Part shown: one piece after another, positions 54,884 through 64,000 of the stretch | How the letters are laid out: every line of letters begins with the position of its first letter | How positions within the stretch are numbered: the stretch's first letter is position 1 | The notes under the pieces: model-generated | Told to the model about the DNA's origin: nothing | Database searches by the model: none | The model's input: only the letters and a program-made list of their open reading frames with translations | Made by a program: the position numbers and the translations under genes | Source: a virus | Lineage: Duplodnaviria; Heunggongvirae; Uroviricota; Caudoviricetes | Length of the DNA: 64,000 bases | IMG/VR virus record: IMGVR_UViG_3300021387_000529 | Span: 218,811-282,810 of that record | Direction: 5' to 3' (one strand)

Positions 54884-56557
54884 ATGTTTAGCCTTTTTGA
54901 GTCTATTTTATATAAAACACGAGAAAATTACTTACAAGAGTCTCTTGAATATTTGACAGAAGCTGCAAAAAATAAAATAAAAAGTTTTGATGAATTGCCA
55001 TCTGTTTTTTCAAGCCTTGGAATTGGAAAAGAATTTTGCATAAATGGTAAATATTTTGGTATTCAGAAGTCTGGAAACGCAACAGTAAAAAACTGCGGTG
55101 GAAACTTAGTTGTCTCATCAAATGGAAAAAGAGCAATTCCAGCAACACAAAATGAAATTATTGCAGTATTAGATGAAATTAAAAAAGCTAAGCCTGATGC
55201 AAAAACATCTTATGGAAACACTTTTAACATTGATATTGACGGATATGTCTTAAAATTGCGTGTAACAGGTGGTGGAGGTAAACAGAGCACATTCTTTCCT
55301 GCAGGCGATGAAGAAAATAATAGTCCTTATGTTAAAGAAGTTGAAGCTGGCTTGTCAATGTCAAATCTTACATTTTTTGAAGAGTTTATGACTGCACAAC
55401 TATTCAACATTTCTAAGAAAAACGATAGTTTTGAGGATTTATGCAATATTGTTGAAGGAAAAGCCGATAGGTCTTCAGCATTTTATGAAAGATGTTTTTC
55501 AATTTTAAGCAGTATCAATAAAAAACTTTCTGAAGGCGTTAAAAAAGTATTAGAAAATGTAAAGTCAGCAGAAGACTTTAGAAATGAAATTTTGCCTCAA
55601 CTTGGAGACTGGAAAGAAGCAATTTCAAAAGTTGTTGTTTGTATGAACCATAAAATTGATGAAGAAATTAAGCGTGTAAGTGGCGAAAATAGAAACAATT
55701 GGAATAAAGAAAATTGTACTGTAAATGAAGAAATGGTTGCATTCCATCCAAAGCAATTGGACACTTTTGAAGTAGACCAATATTTAGACCCAACTGATAT
55801 TGTTTTATTGAATGAGGTTTATAAACAAGGCGGAACACACACAGATAGAAATGGAAAAGAGAGACAAAATAAACTTGAATATAACACAAAAGGAAAAAAT
55901 CCATTTATTGAGCCAGGAATGAGCTCAAAAGACCCAATTATTAGATATAAAGCAATTGGTGTTTCATTGAAAAAACCTTCAGATAGTGAAGCTAACGCAC
56001 ACTATATTGGAACAGCTCATATTGAAAGGTCTACAGCATTAAGTGTAGGCTTTGACAAAGATGGAAATCTGATTGGTGATTTGAAAGACGTAAAGGTTAG
56101 AAACTCATCTTCATCAGGCTATTTCGACTTCGAAGTAAGTGATGAATTCGCAGAAAGCATTGGAAGCAACACAACTGTAAATTTTTCTATGAGAAATAAA
56201 AATACAAATAGCTCCAGCGGCTCAATTACAGGCGAAGCAAACGGAATTGCTGGAGCACGTGGTGGTGGTTTAGGTGGAGCTGAATTGATGAAGTCACTTT
56301 TTGAAGGTAAGAAAGCTCCAGAAAAATATTCTGAACCATATAAAAATGGCCCATCATTCATAAATTATCTATTGAATGCTTATGGTGAAAAAACAACAGC
56401 TCCAGAAGCAACAAATGCAGATGGCGCTATGAGCATTAAACAAAATAAAGCATTGACTATTGCAATTGCGAAGGCTTTCGCTGCTTCTTTGAAAATTCCA
56501 TTTGTTGAAATTGGAAAGAATGCAACTGTAATACCATCATATATTAAGATCGCATAA
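54884..56557 (+). CDS. hypothetical protein (557 aa), late class, possibly virion-associated
   Basis: ORF with the late box and no Shine-Dalgarno site. No motif was recognised. Confidence 0.6.
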   Translation: MFSLFESILYKTRENYLQESLEYLTEAAKNKIKSFDELPSVFSSLGIGKEFCINGKYFGIQKSGNATVKNCGGNLVVSSNGKRAIPATQNEIIAVLDEIKKAKPDAKTSYGNTFNIDIDGYVLKLRVTGGGGKQSTFFPAGDEENNSPYVKEVEAGLSMSNLTFFEEFMTAQLFNISKKNDSFEDLCNIVEGKADRSSAFYERCFSILSSINKKLSEGVKKVLENVKSAEDFRNEILPQLGDWKEAISKVVVCMNHKIDEEIKRVSGENRNNWNKENCTVNEEMVAFHPKQLDTFEVDQYLDPTDIVLLNEVYKQGGTHTDRNGKERQNKLEYNTKGKNPFIEPGMSSKDPIIRYKAIGVSLKKPSDSEANAHYIGTAHIERSTALSVGFDKDGNLIGDLKDVKVRNSSSSGYFDFEVSDEFAESIGSNTTVNFSMRNKNTNSSSGSITGEANGIAGARGGGLGGAELMKSLFEGKKAPEKYSEPYKNGPSFINYLLNAYGEKTTAPEATNADGAMSIKQNKALTIAIAKAFAASLKIPFVEIGKNATVIPSYIKIA

Positions 56558-56567
56558 AGGAGAAAAA

Positions 56568-58514
56568 ATGTCAAAAATATTTGAGCAAATACTATTACAA
56601 GAAGCTGATAAGTCTCGTTTTTTCAAACCATTATGGGATGAGTTTTCAGGAGACAACGACCTTGTCCAAAAAGATGGTGTAACATACACACAGTTATTAA
56701 ATTTTGTTAATAAAGATGACCCACTTTTGAAAAAACAATTTCAATTAAGAGGTGTTGATTGGCAAAAAGGCTCAGATGCCATGAAATGGGTAGCTATCTG
56801 CCAAGCATATATTGAGAGAGACCAAAAACAAAAAGCTGACGAAAGTAATAAAGCAGCTTATAAACAAAAAGATGTTCTTTCTATGATTAAAGCTGAAAAG
56901 CTTCTTGTATTAGCTGGCGAAAATGAGCCTGCATACGACGTAGACTTTGTCCATCTTTCACAACTTGATAACGGAAAATTTACATTTGTGGTTCCAATGA
57001 CTTATGAAGCTGCTATATTCTGTGACTCAGCAAAGTGTGGTGGTGAAGGCGCAAAATGGTGTATTGGCTATGAGAGAGACCAAGGCTATTGGAATGACCA
57101 TACACAAGATGGACAATTATTTATCTTGGCATTCAACAATGAGTCTTTTGCAAAAGGTCCTAATAATCGTGAAAAAGACACATTAAAATATATGATTACT
57201 TTGTCTCCAGAAGCCAGAGATACTGAAGCTTGGTTACAAAGTGATGAGCCTGAAGACACAATTCCAATTTATAAATTTAAAAAATTCTTTGGACATGACG
57301 CAATTGAAATGGCAACAGTCTTCGCAAATCGTATTTTAGTAGAGGAAAACAGATACTCAGAATGTAGTCAAGACACATTCTGGGACAGAGATGAAGAAGT
57401 TCCAGTTCATCCTTGGGATGACCAAGATTTAATTGACTCAGTATTAGAGTATGACGACTTTTTAGCTGGTATTTATAATATTAACAATAAGCAGCCTGAA
57501 GGCAATGGAAAAGTCGGAAGCAAAGGTTCTTGGGCAAAACAGCATGTTTATGATAAAGCATATAATGAAGTTATTTTTGATGGAAATAATAAGAAAGTAA
57601 TTCCAGCTCAGATGCAGATTGGTGGCAACTTTGATAAAGGTATTTTTGATATTCCAACTTTCTGTGATTGGCTTAAGAAATGTAATGTAGAAAATGCATC
57701 ATCAATTACAATTAAAAATGCGCGTATCGAAAAAATGATACATGAGCCAGAAGCATCAGATAACTCAATGGACATTTACCTTGAGAACTGTGAAATCGGC
57801 GATTTGATATATACAGACTATAGCAATGATATTGAATTCCATATTGATAAAAATTGCTATATTAGCAAGTTGCATTGGCCATGCTCTTCTGAGCATTTTG
57901 ACAATAATTGTGCTCAGCATTTACATATTGATGACGGAGCAACTATTTATAATGAAGAATATGATGAGGATGAAGAACAATTGAATGAGAACAAAGACTA
58001 TAAAAGCTCAAGTCTGCATGAAAAACGAACTGTGCAAGTTGAGTTTATGGACGACACTGAAGCAATGGAGTTTAAAAAAGAAATGGAAAAACGTTATGGT
58101 GTAAATAGAGCAAGTAGATATGCTCTTCCGAAAGGAACTGGAAAGCGTGGAACTGTTTTTGTTGAGTCGAAGTTATTTAACAAAATTCTTGGTGAAACGT
58201 TAAAAGAAGGCTCAAATTATGGACACGGACGAAATGATGTTTATCATTTGAATGACAAGCTCGAATATAAACACAATTGTAGAGGCTCAGAAGTATGTAC
58301 AACTGGTGATATTGTTGTGACATCAGATGGTGATGAGTTTATGGTTGGTAAAAAAATTAAGTCGGTGTTTAAGAAAACAATGGATAATGGAGCACGTCAG
58401 AGGGTTTTTGGAAATGATGTAAATTATTTTGAAACAGACGACCCATCAGTTTTCGTAAAAACAGAATATGACACATTTTTGGAGAATGAGGTAATCTCGC
58501 TCCGTTTTGATTAA
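56568..58514 (+). CDS. hypothetical protein (648 aa)
   Basis: ORF with Shine-Dalgarno site aaaggagaaaaaATG. Confidence 0.6.
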   Translation: MSKIFEQILLQEADKSRFFKPLWDEFSGDNDLVQKDGVTYTQLLNFVNKDDPLLKKQFQLRGVDWQKGSDAMKWVAICQAYIERDQKQKADESNKAAYKQKDVLSMIKAEKLLVLAGENEPAYDVDFVHLSQLDNGKFTFVVPMTYEAAIFCDSAKCGGEGAKWCIGYERDQGYWNDHTQDGQLFILAFNNESFAKGPNNREKDTLKYMITLSPEARDTEAWLQSDEPEDTIPIYKFKKFFGHDAIEMATVFANRILVEENRYSECSQDTFWDRDEEVPVHPWDDQDLIDSVLEYDDFLAGIYNINNKQPEGNGKVGSKGSWAKQHVYDKAYNEVIFDGNNKKVIPAQMQIGGNFDKGIFDIPTFCDWLKKCNVENASSITIKNARIEKMIHEPEASDNSMDIYLENCEIGDLIYTDYSNDIEFHIDKNCYISKLHWPCSSEHFDNNCAQHLHIDDGATIYNEEYDEDEEQLNENKDYKSSSLHEKRTVQVEFMDDTEAMEFKKEMEKRYGVNRASRYALPKGTGKRGTVFVESKLFNKILGETLKEGSNYGHGRNDVYHLNDKLEYKHNCRGSEVCTTGDIVVTSDGDEFMVGKKIKSVFKKTMDNGARQRVFGNDVNYFETDDPSVFVKTEYDTFLENEVISLRFD

Positions 58515-58526
58515 GAGGAATAAAAA

Positions 58527-58859
58527 ATGAGAAACAGACTACTTGAACAGATTTTGAATGAGAAAAGAGTTGATGTATTTGAAAGCACAAACTCAACTTA
58601 TGCGTTTTACAGAGAATGTCTAAATGACATTATGCGTGGCACTATTGCTGATATGGTTGGCGATGGTGATGTGATGTCTGATGGATACGAAATGCACATC
58701 TATTTTGAAATTCCAGAAAGCCATGTTGAATGTAACTGTGACTTCAAAGATGGGACATACAGACTATGCGCATATATCGACCATGAGCCTGAACATAAAT
58801 ATCAAGGTTCAACACTTGAAGAGCTCATTGCAGATGTAAAATCTATTGGAAACGCTTAA
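58527..58859 (+). CDS. hypothetical protein (110 aa)
   Basis: ORF with Shine-Dalgarno site aagaggaataaaaaATG. Confidence 0.55.
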   Translation: MRNRLLEQILNEKRVDVFESTNSTYAFYRECLNDIMRGTIADMVGDGDVMSDGYEMHIYFEIPESHVECNCDFKDGTYRLCAYIDHEPEHKYQGSTLEELIADVKSIGNA

Positions 58860-58867
58860 GTTTTAAT

Positions 58868-58902
58868 TATGAGGCGCTTTTACGGCGCCTCACTTTTTTT
58901 AA
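58868..58902 (+). terminator. rho-independent terminator
   Basis: tgaggcgc-ttttac-ggcgcctca followed by ttttttt. Confidence 0.75.
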
Positions 58903-58918
58903 TAATCACTAAATCTAC

Positions 58919-59695
58919 ATGAAAGAATTAAATGTTTCTAAAGGCTATGAAAATTACTCGCAGAGAAATAATGAAATTGGCTCTGCTGATGTGTGCGGTC
59001 CTACAAACTTCATCCAGGCACTTGAATATTCTGGTTGGCAATGGGACAATTCTATGTTTCCGCAATTTGCTCAACCTGAAGACAAATTGACATATTTTTG
59101 TAGAACTAATCCAGACGTTCTCAAATATTATGAAACAAAATACAACAACATGTATAAAAACTGGAGGAAAGAGAGCGAAGCACTTGCTAAAGAAGAAGGA
59201 AAAGAATATTGGCGTGTTTCTTGTAAAGACTCATATCCACCAAATGAAGTTCATGATGTAATGTCATATGCAGTTAATCTTTTTATTGGCTATAAACCTG
59301 CTGAACTTTCACCACGTCCAGTAACACGTTTTTATAATGAGTTTGTAGAATGGGAAGTTTTGTGGTCTCTCAAAAAGAAGCTTCCAGTTGTTTCATCAGT
59401 TGACCCATTCAAAAGAGGTGGCGGACATTATATCACAATTGTAGGTGTTACATTTAAAAAAGATGTTTCACAAATTGACCTCAATAAGCTTCAATATGAT
59501 GAAAAATCTGTTGGCAAATATGTAGACCTTATTGATGAATACATTATTGATAATACATATGGCAAATTTGATTTCAATCTTAAAAAATATATTGCTGTTT
59601 CAGGAAATGATGAGCATATTAAGCGTGAAAAATTCTTAGAGATTATCAAACCTGTATCACATTATTTTTCAGCTGGCGCAGCCGCTTGTTGTTAA
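58919..59695 (+). CDS. putative papain-like (CHAP/NlpC-P60-type) cysteine peptidase; candidate lysis enzyme
   Basis: Cys motif SADVCGPTNF and downstream His motif GGGHYITIVGV, in the Cys-then-His order of papain-fold peptidases. A CACTAAAT box is 6 nt before the ATG with no Shine-Dalgarno site. Confidence 0.4.
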   Translation: MKELNVSKGYENYSQRNNEIGSADVCGPTNFIQALEYSGWQWDNSMFPQFAQPEDKLTYFCRTNPDVLKYYETKYNNMYKNWRKESEALAKEEGKEYWRVSCKDSYPPNEVHDVMSYAVNLFIGYKPAELSPRPVTRFYNEFVEWEVLWSLKKKLPVVSSVDPFKRGGGHYITIVGVTFKKDVSQIDLNKLQYDEKSVGKYVDLIDEYIIDNTYGKFDFNLKKYIAVSGNDEHIKREKFLEIIKPVSHYFSAGAAACC

Positions 59696-59891
59696 TATAT
59701 AAAGGAATACGAAAATGGATTTTGATAAATTTTGTTCAACAAACTGTATGACAACAAATGAAACTGAAGACTTTAAAAAATGGCTTACTAAAAGAAAGGA
59801 TAATCTCGAGCCACGCTCAATAAACAATTGGCTATATGTGTTTAATTTATTTTTTGACTCTCACTAATTTTTAATAAAGGAGAAATTGTAA

Positions 59892-61127
59892 ATGACAATT
59901 AACCAACATACACTTGCATCTAAGATGAAGTCTGCCCTCAAAACAAAAGGCGGAAATGAGATTACAATCGAAGGTTGCGAGATTTGGGGCCCAGGCATCT
60001 TCGACATCACATACAACACTGATGATGAAATGCCTGCATTCTACACTTACTGTAAAGATATGGGCACAATGGGACGCGGTCATAATATCTGGGAAGCCAT
60101 TGAAGAAATGTTCTGTGCAGATAATGAAATCAGAGATGAGTTTGAAAAGAATAATGAAGAAATTACAGTTCCAGACTCTGAGCTCGAAAAACTTAATTCT
60201 TTGTTGAATGAGACATTTGACTGTGGAGATGAGGTTTTTAATGCTGTTTATGAATGCGCAAATATCTTAAAGTTTGTAATGACAAACTCAGATGATGGAA
60301 CAATTCGCTCTAAAGCAGCTCGTTTGTTTGGCATTAAAAGAGGAACTCAAAAACCTTATCCAGAAGCAGTTGAAGATGCTGACACCGTTGCAGACTACCT
60401 TTTTGAGCAATCTTATGAAGAGTACGCGCAGGACATTTGGGATGCATTTGCTCAATGCCGCCAAAGTTCTCTTAAAGAAGCATCAATAAGAATTTATAAT
60501 AGTGCTGGTAGAAAAATCGACATGAGCACATTAAAGTCTATGTCAGAAGGAAAAACTCTTCTTGTAAGTGTTGGAAATCAACTTCAAGGTTGGAACCATG
60601 CTGGTGATAAAGATGACTATACCTTTAGAGTTCTTGAACAAGGAGCCAATGAACTTGGTTTGCCATTTAATTATGCTTATGTAAAGATGAGTCCTTCAAC
60701 ATATGAAGAAGTTAAAAATAGACTTCCTGAAAATACAAAACTTTTTGAAGACTATGTTGATATTCTTAAAAAAGACGTTAGAGCTGCTGTTGTAAATACG
60801 GGGCTTATGAATTATATTGAATACAGCTATATGTCTACACCAAATCTTGAAGTTCCAGTAATCTTCAAAAAAGCTCTTGGTGAAGACCATATCATATGTA
60901 AATATATTGAAAAGCTCATAAGGTCATATGGCAAAGTTAATAAGCTTAGTAATTTATTTGATGTTCTTGGACTTGAAAGACATTGGCTTTATGAATGCTA
61001 TCCAAAATTTAGACCAATCGAGTCAATACTTGGATTTGCTGGAGTTAATCACTTGCTCGAATGCCTATCTTCATGTGATATAGAAGAAATTGACAGTATG
61101 ATTGCTGAAATTAAGAAAGAGTTCTAA
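59892..61127 (+). CDS. hypothetical protein (411 aa)
   Basis: ORF with CACTAATTTTT followed by the Shine-Dalgarno site AAAGGAG upstream. Confidence 0.55.
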   Translation: MTINQHTLASKMKSALKTKGGNEITIEGCEIWGPGIFDITYNTDDEMPAFYTYCKDMGTMGRGHNIWEAIEEMFCADNEIRDEFEKNNEEITVPDSELEKLNSLLNETFDCGDEVFNAVYECANILKFVMTNSDDGTIRSKAARLFGIKRGTQKPYPEAVEDADTVADYLFEQSYEEYAQDIWDAFAQCRQSSLKEASIRIYNSAGRKIDMSTLKSMSEGKTLLVSVGNQLQGWNHAGDKDDYTFRVLEQGANELGLPFNYAYVKMSPSTYEEVKNRLPENTKLFEDYVDILKKDVRAAVVNTGLMNYIEYSYMSTPNLEVPVIFKKALGEDHIICKYIEKLIRSYGKVNKLSNLFDVLGLERHWLYECYPKFRPIESILGFAGVNHLLECLSSCDIEEIDSMIAEIKKEF

Positions 61128-61175
61128 ATATAATTTGGGGCTTATGGCCCCAATTTTTATCTATGGAGGTAAAAT

Positions 61176-61655
61176 GTGCAAATTAACATCAATAAAAAAA
61201 CTTTTATTTACATTGGCATTATTGTCCTTGTGTTCTTTGCGGGTATTTTCACAGACAGACACACACGATTTGGAAGAGCTTCAGGAACTAGCGAGCAGCT
61301 TGTCGAAGGAATCGTACTCTCAGGAGATGACGCAAGTAGAGTATTGGACGAACTTGGTATTGCAAGATGCACAGGACAATCAGCAGCAGACCTTGGATAT
61401 GCAGTTAGTCAAGGAATTGAAAAACTATGCTACTCAAATGAAGTCCAGCGAGTTTTTATCGATGACGTTCGAAGAGAAATTGATACTGCAACAGAAAATG
61501 CAAAAATTATCAATGACTCTTTCAATGGAGTATCTGACGCAGTCGATTACGGATGGAACGTCATACTCGAAGAAGCTCGAGCACTTAAACGGATTGCTGA
61601 CCGCACAAGAGAATTTGAAGCGAATACTTCTGAAAATGGTAAAAAGCCAGAGTGA
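61176..61655 (+). CDS. membrane-anchored protein (N-terminal transmembrane helix; 159 aa)
   Basis: GTG start 5 nt after GGAGG. Codon third-position usage (A/T/C-rich, few G) matches other genes in the window. By contrast, the overlapping track ORF 61102..61965 has G-ending codons through this stretch. Confidence 0.5.
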   Translation: MQININKKTFIYIGIIVLVFFAGIFTDRHTRFGRASGTSEQLVEGIVLSGDDASRVLDELGIARCTGQSAADLGYAVSQGIEKLCYSNEVQRVFIDDVRREIDTATENAKIINDSFNGVSDAVDYGWNVILEEARALKRIADRTREFEANTSENGKKPE

Positions 61656-61965
61656 AGACATTTCAGTCCTGAATGAAGAAATTGCAAAAGCAATCAATGA
61701 CACTGAGTCTATTAAGCTCAGACTTTCAGTTTGTCAATTACTAGCTGAAAAACAAGCTGAAGAGATTGCTTTTTATGAAAGAATGAAAAAGCGACTACGA
61801 GCAGCAGCTCATGTTGAGATTGGAATTGGAGTTCCATGCTTAGTTGTTGGCCTACTTCCAATTTGGACAGATGAACAGCAGAATATTAAAAATCTGTTTT
61901 TAGGAATTGGAGCTGCTAGTACTGTTGCTGGAACTGCGACTTTTGTTTTTACAATTCATTTTTAA
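61636..61965 (+). CDS. small protein with two C-terminal transmembrane helices (holin-like topology, speculative)
   Basis: This is the in-frame distal part of track ORF 61102..61965, and its codon usage becomes typical only from about 61636. The ATG at 61636 overlaps the stop of 61176..61655. Confidence 0.35.
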   Translation: MVKSQSEDISVLNEEIAKAINDTESIKLRLSVCQLLAEKQAEEIAFYERMKKRLRAAAHVEIGIGVPCLVVGLLPIWTDEQQNIKNLFLGIGAASTVAGTATFVFTIHF

Positions 61966-61971
61966 TAAGAA

Positions 61972-62001
61972 AATACCGCTAAAAAGCGGTATTTTTTTTT
62001 G
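61972..62001 (+). terminator. rho-independent terminator
   Basis: accgct-aaaaa-gcggt followed by attttttttt. Confidence 0.7.
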
Positions 62002-62040
62002 AACTTATACTTTGTTTTTCATATATTATATTCGTAAATC
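61994..62040 (+). promoter_or_regulatory. early-class promoter copy (TTGAAC 61999-62004, 17 bp spacer, TATATT 62022-62027)
   Basis: tttttttgaacttatactttgtttttcatatattatattcgtaa. Confidence 0.6.
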
Positions 62041-62065
62041 ACAATCTTAAAGAGAGGTAATCTAC

Positions 62066-62479
62066 ATGATGACAAGAGCAGAAGCAGCAAAAATGAACAA
62101 AGAGCTTCAGGACGCAGTGAAAGCAATCTTCGAAAAGCACGGAATGACAATTGACCGTTCAAACCTTACATACGGTGACTATGAAATCAAGCTCGCTGTA
62201 AAAGCAACTCCGAAAACAGCTGGTGGAGCAAAGGTTCTTTCACCTGCAGTAAAATCAAAAGCCGCAATGACGGTTGCAATGTTCAATCCAAACTTTAAGA
62301 ATGTTCCAGACCTTTCAGAAAGACTTTTCAACGACCCAGTTATGATTGCAAACCTTGGTTCTGGTTTCGTTGTCGACTACAACAGCAAATGCAGCAAATA
62401 TCCGTTCGTTGTAGAAGTTCACGGAACAAAATATAAATGTGCTCGCAGCAGCATCATCAAGTTTGCAAAAGTTGACTGA
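62066..62479 (+). CDS. hypothetical protein (137 aa), probably highly expressed
   Basis: It has a strong promoter, the Shine-Dalgarno site aaagagaggtaatctacATG, and C/T-ending codon bias. Confidence 0.55.
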   Translation: MMTRAEAAKMNKELQDAVKAIFEKHGMTIDRSNLTYGDYEIKLAVKATPKTAGGAKVLSPAVKSKAAMTVAMFNPNFKNVPDLSERLFNDPVMIANLGSGFVVDYNSKCSKYPFVVEVHGTKYKCARSSIIKFAKVD

Positions 62480-62514
62480 TAATAACAAATAATAATAATA
62501 GCAAGGAGAATAAA

Positions 62515-62856
62515 ATGATGAATCTTACAGGTGAAAAATTTCGAGGAAAATGGGGAAAAGACTATCAGGAAGACTTGAACAAACCTGGTAAATATGTCAT
62601 TGAAGTTGTTGACTACGACGAAGAAAATGAAGACGGCTTCACAAATGTCGAGGTTGACGTAAAAGCTGTCCATCTCACTGCTGGTGAGCATACAATCATT
62701 GCTGAGTTCCTTGATGGCAAAAAGAAAGGTGAGCTCCACATGATGTATTACAATGGCAGCCAGGGTTGCTGGAAATATGGCCCAACTGGTTGGGATGAAG
62801 ATGTTTCAACATTATATCCGCAGCTCTTTGAAAAAACTGTAGAGTTTGACGAATAA
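62515..62856 (+). CDS. hypothetical protein (113 aa)
   Basis: ORF with Shine-Dalgarno site caaggagaataaaATG. Confidence 0.55.
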   Translation: MMNLTGEKFRGKWGKDYQEDLNKPGKYVIEVVDYDEENEDGFTNVEVDVKAVHLTAGEHTIIAEFLDGKKKGELHMMYYNGSQGCWKYGPTGWDEDVSTLYPQLFEKTVEFDE

Positions 62857-62864
62857 AAATAAAA

Positions 62865-62890
62865 AATGGGAGCATTATGCTCCCATTTAT
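62865..62890. terminator. bidirectional terminator (tgggagca-tta-tgctccca)
   Basis: Hairpin with A/T runs on both sides, lying between convergent genes. Confidence 0.65.
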
Positions 62891-62894
62891 AAAT

Positions 62895-64000
62895 TTAAAT
62901 CAATTTTCTAACTTCGCCTTCTTTAACAATCTCACAAGACATGCCTTCTTGCTTCAATAAATTTTGTAAAAATTCTTGAGCGTCTGTATCACCATGAACT
63001 AAGAAAATCTTTTTTAGTTTAGATGTGTCAATTTCATGAAGCCATTCTAAGATTTCTTCATAATCTGCATGAGCTGAAAATGCATTTATTTTATGAACTT
63101 CAGCTTTCAGTTTGTATTCTTTCTTATCAATTGTAAGTGTCTCTTCTTTGTCAAGAATTTTACGTCCAAGTGTTCCTTCACCCATATAGCCAACAACCAA
63201 AATTGTGTTCTTAGGATTAGACACACCTTCTTTCAAATGGTTGATAATACGGCCAGCTTCACACATACCATTTGCAGCTATGATGATTGCTGGCTCTTTA
63301 GACTTTGCAATCTCCAAACTTTCCTTACAATCTCGAACAAACTTAAGAGAACGAACACTGAATGGATTTTTGCCTTTACTGATAAACTCTTTTACAATTT
63401 TATCATTTAGACATTCTGGATGAATATTGAAAACGCCAGTGGCGTTACTCGCCATTGGGCTGTCAACATATACTGGAACATATGGAATTCTTTTAGATGA
63501 CATCAATTGCTTGATATAATAAATCAATTCTTGTGCACGTTCAACAGCAAAAGATGGAATAATGACTTTTCCCTTTCTTTTAATTGTATTATTTATTACA
63601 GCTTCCAACTCGCCATAACAATGCTCAAGTGACTCATGCGTTTTATTTCCATATGTGCTTTCAAGAAAAATATAGTCTGGAGCAGGCATGTTTGTTGCAG
63701 GCTTTTTAGTGATTGGGTTAGACTTACGGCCTAAGTCTCCAGTAAATAAAATATGCATATTGTCGTCTTCTTTATGAAGAAGTTTTTGAAGAAAAGTTTT
63801 CTGTCGTGGTGTTGAAATGTCAAGCATAGATGAACCAAGAATATGACCAGCATCATACATCGTATAAGTCAACTTTTCATCTAATTTCTTTTCTTTTTTA
63901 TATGCATGGCATCTAAAATGATTTATAGTCTCAACTACATCATTTTCATCATAAGCTGCTCCAGCAGGCTCGTACATTTGTATTCGTGCTGAGTCGAACA
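62895..64000 (-). CDS. metallo-beta-lactamase-fold beta-CASP nuclease (RNase J/CPSF-like), N-terminus beyond the right edge
   Basis: DAGHILGSS (MBL motif 3), ...FLESTYGN..., and the beta-CASP motif C in FSAHADYEEILEWL. The reading frame stays open past the annotated Met to position 64000, so the HxHxDH motif should lie outside the window. Confidence 0.7.
   Translation of the reverse strand, partial: FDSARIQMYEPAGAAYDENDVVETINHFRCHAYKKEKKLDEKLTYTMYDAGHILGSSMLDISTPRQKTFLQKLLHKEDDNMHILFTGDLGRKSNPITKKPATNMPAPDYIFLESTYGNKTHESLEHCYGELEAVINNTIKRKGKVIIPSFAVERAQELIYYIKQLMSSKRIPYVPVYVDSPMASNATGVFNIHPECLNDKIVKEFISKGKNPFSVRSLKFVRDCKESLEIAKSKEPAIIIAANGMCEAGRIINHLKEGVSNPKNTILVVGYMGEGTLGRKILDKEETLTIDKKEYKLKAEVHKINAFSAHADYEEILEWLHEIDTSKLKKIFLVHGDTDAQEFLQNLLKQEGMSCEIVKEGEVRKLI

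Noticed and set aside
61102-61965. Track ORF of 287 aa treated as one protein.
   Set aside because: Codon usage indicates the 61176-61655 stretch is translated in the other frame (see findings). The ORF is kept only as its distal segment from 61636.
1-64000. CRISPR arrays, tRNA genes, integrase or attachment sites, and inteins or group I introns.
   Set aside because: There are no spaced direct repeats. No cloverleaf-like sequence was recognised by eye in the few non-coding gaps, though a proper tRNAscan was not possible. No recombinase or interrupted-gene signatures were seen.

Overview
This is an AT-rich, densely coding bacteriophage segment (roughly one-third G+C by eye), almost certainly from a large or jumbo tailed phage. 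Strong AGGAG-type Shine-Dalgarno sites and a FloT/YuaG-like flotillin point to a Shine-Dalgarno-using, probably Firmicutes-like host; this is inference. 

Recognisable genes are a tail and structural block: a ~1177-aa tape-measure-like protein, a 1507-aa and a 2356-aa giant virion protein, and a 406-aa structural-type protein. There is a DNA metabolism set: thymidine kinase, a ThyX-like flavin-dependent thymidylate synthase, dCMP deaminase, a SpoT-type HD-domain small alarmone hydrolase, an SbcC/Rad50-like ATPase with a zinc hook, an SNF2-family helicase, a UvsX/RecA-like recombinase, a short NAD-dependent DNA ligase, a radical-SAM protein and a β-CASP MBL nuclease cut by the right edge. Unusual host-like cargo comprises a GroEL-type chaperonin, a ribosomal protein bS21 homologue, a full-length flotillin and a bactofilin-like repeat protein. 

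Two regulatory signatures stand out. The first is a 9-copy, near-identical sigma-A-type promoter (TTGAAY, 17 bp spacer, TtCATATATTATATYCGTAA) in front of early-looking operons. The second is a short ACTAAWT box 4-8 nt upstream of the ATG of structural and late-type genes that mostly lack Shine-Dalgarno sites, including a perfect 20-bp palindromic version between the divergent tape-measure and tail genes. In addition, two ~76-bp intergenic elements are identical except for the loop of an internal hairpin; each sits in a divergent gap next to SbcC or GroEL and carries a T7-like CTATAGGGAAG core. 

No CRISPR array, tRNA or integrase was recognised. Most other ORFs are hypothetical, and coordinates of self-derived sites are approximate (about ±2 nt).
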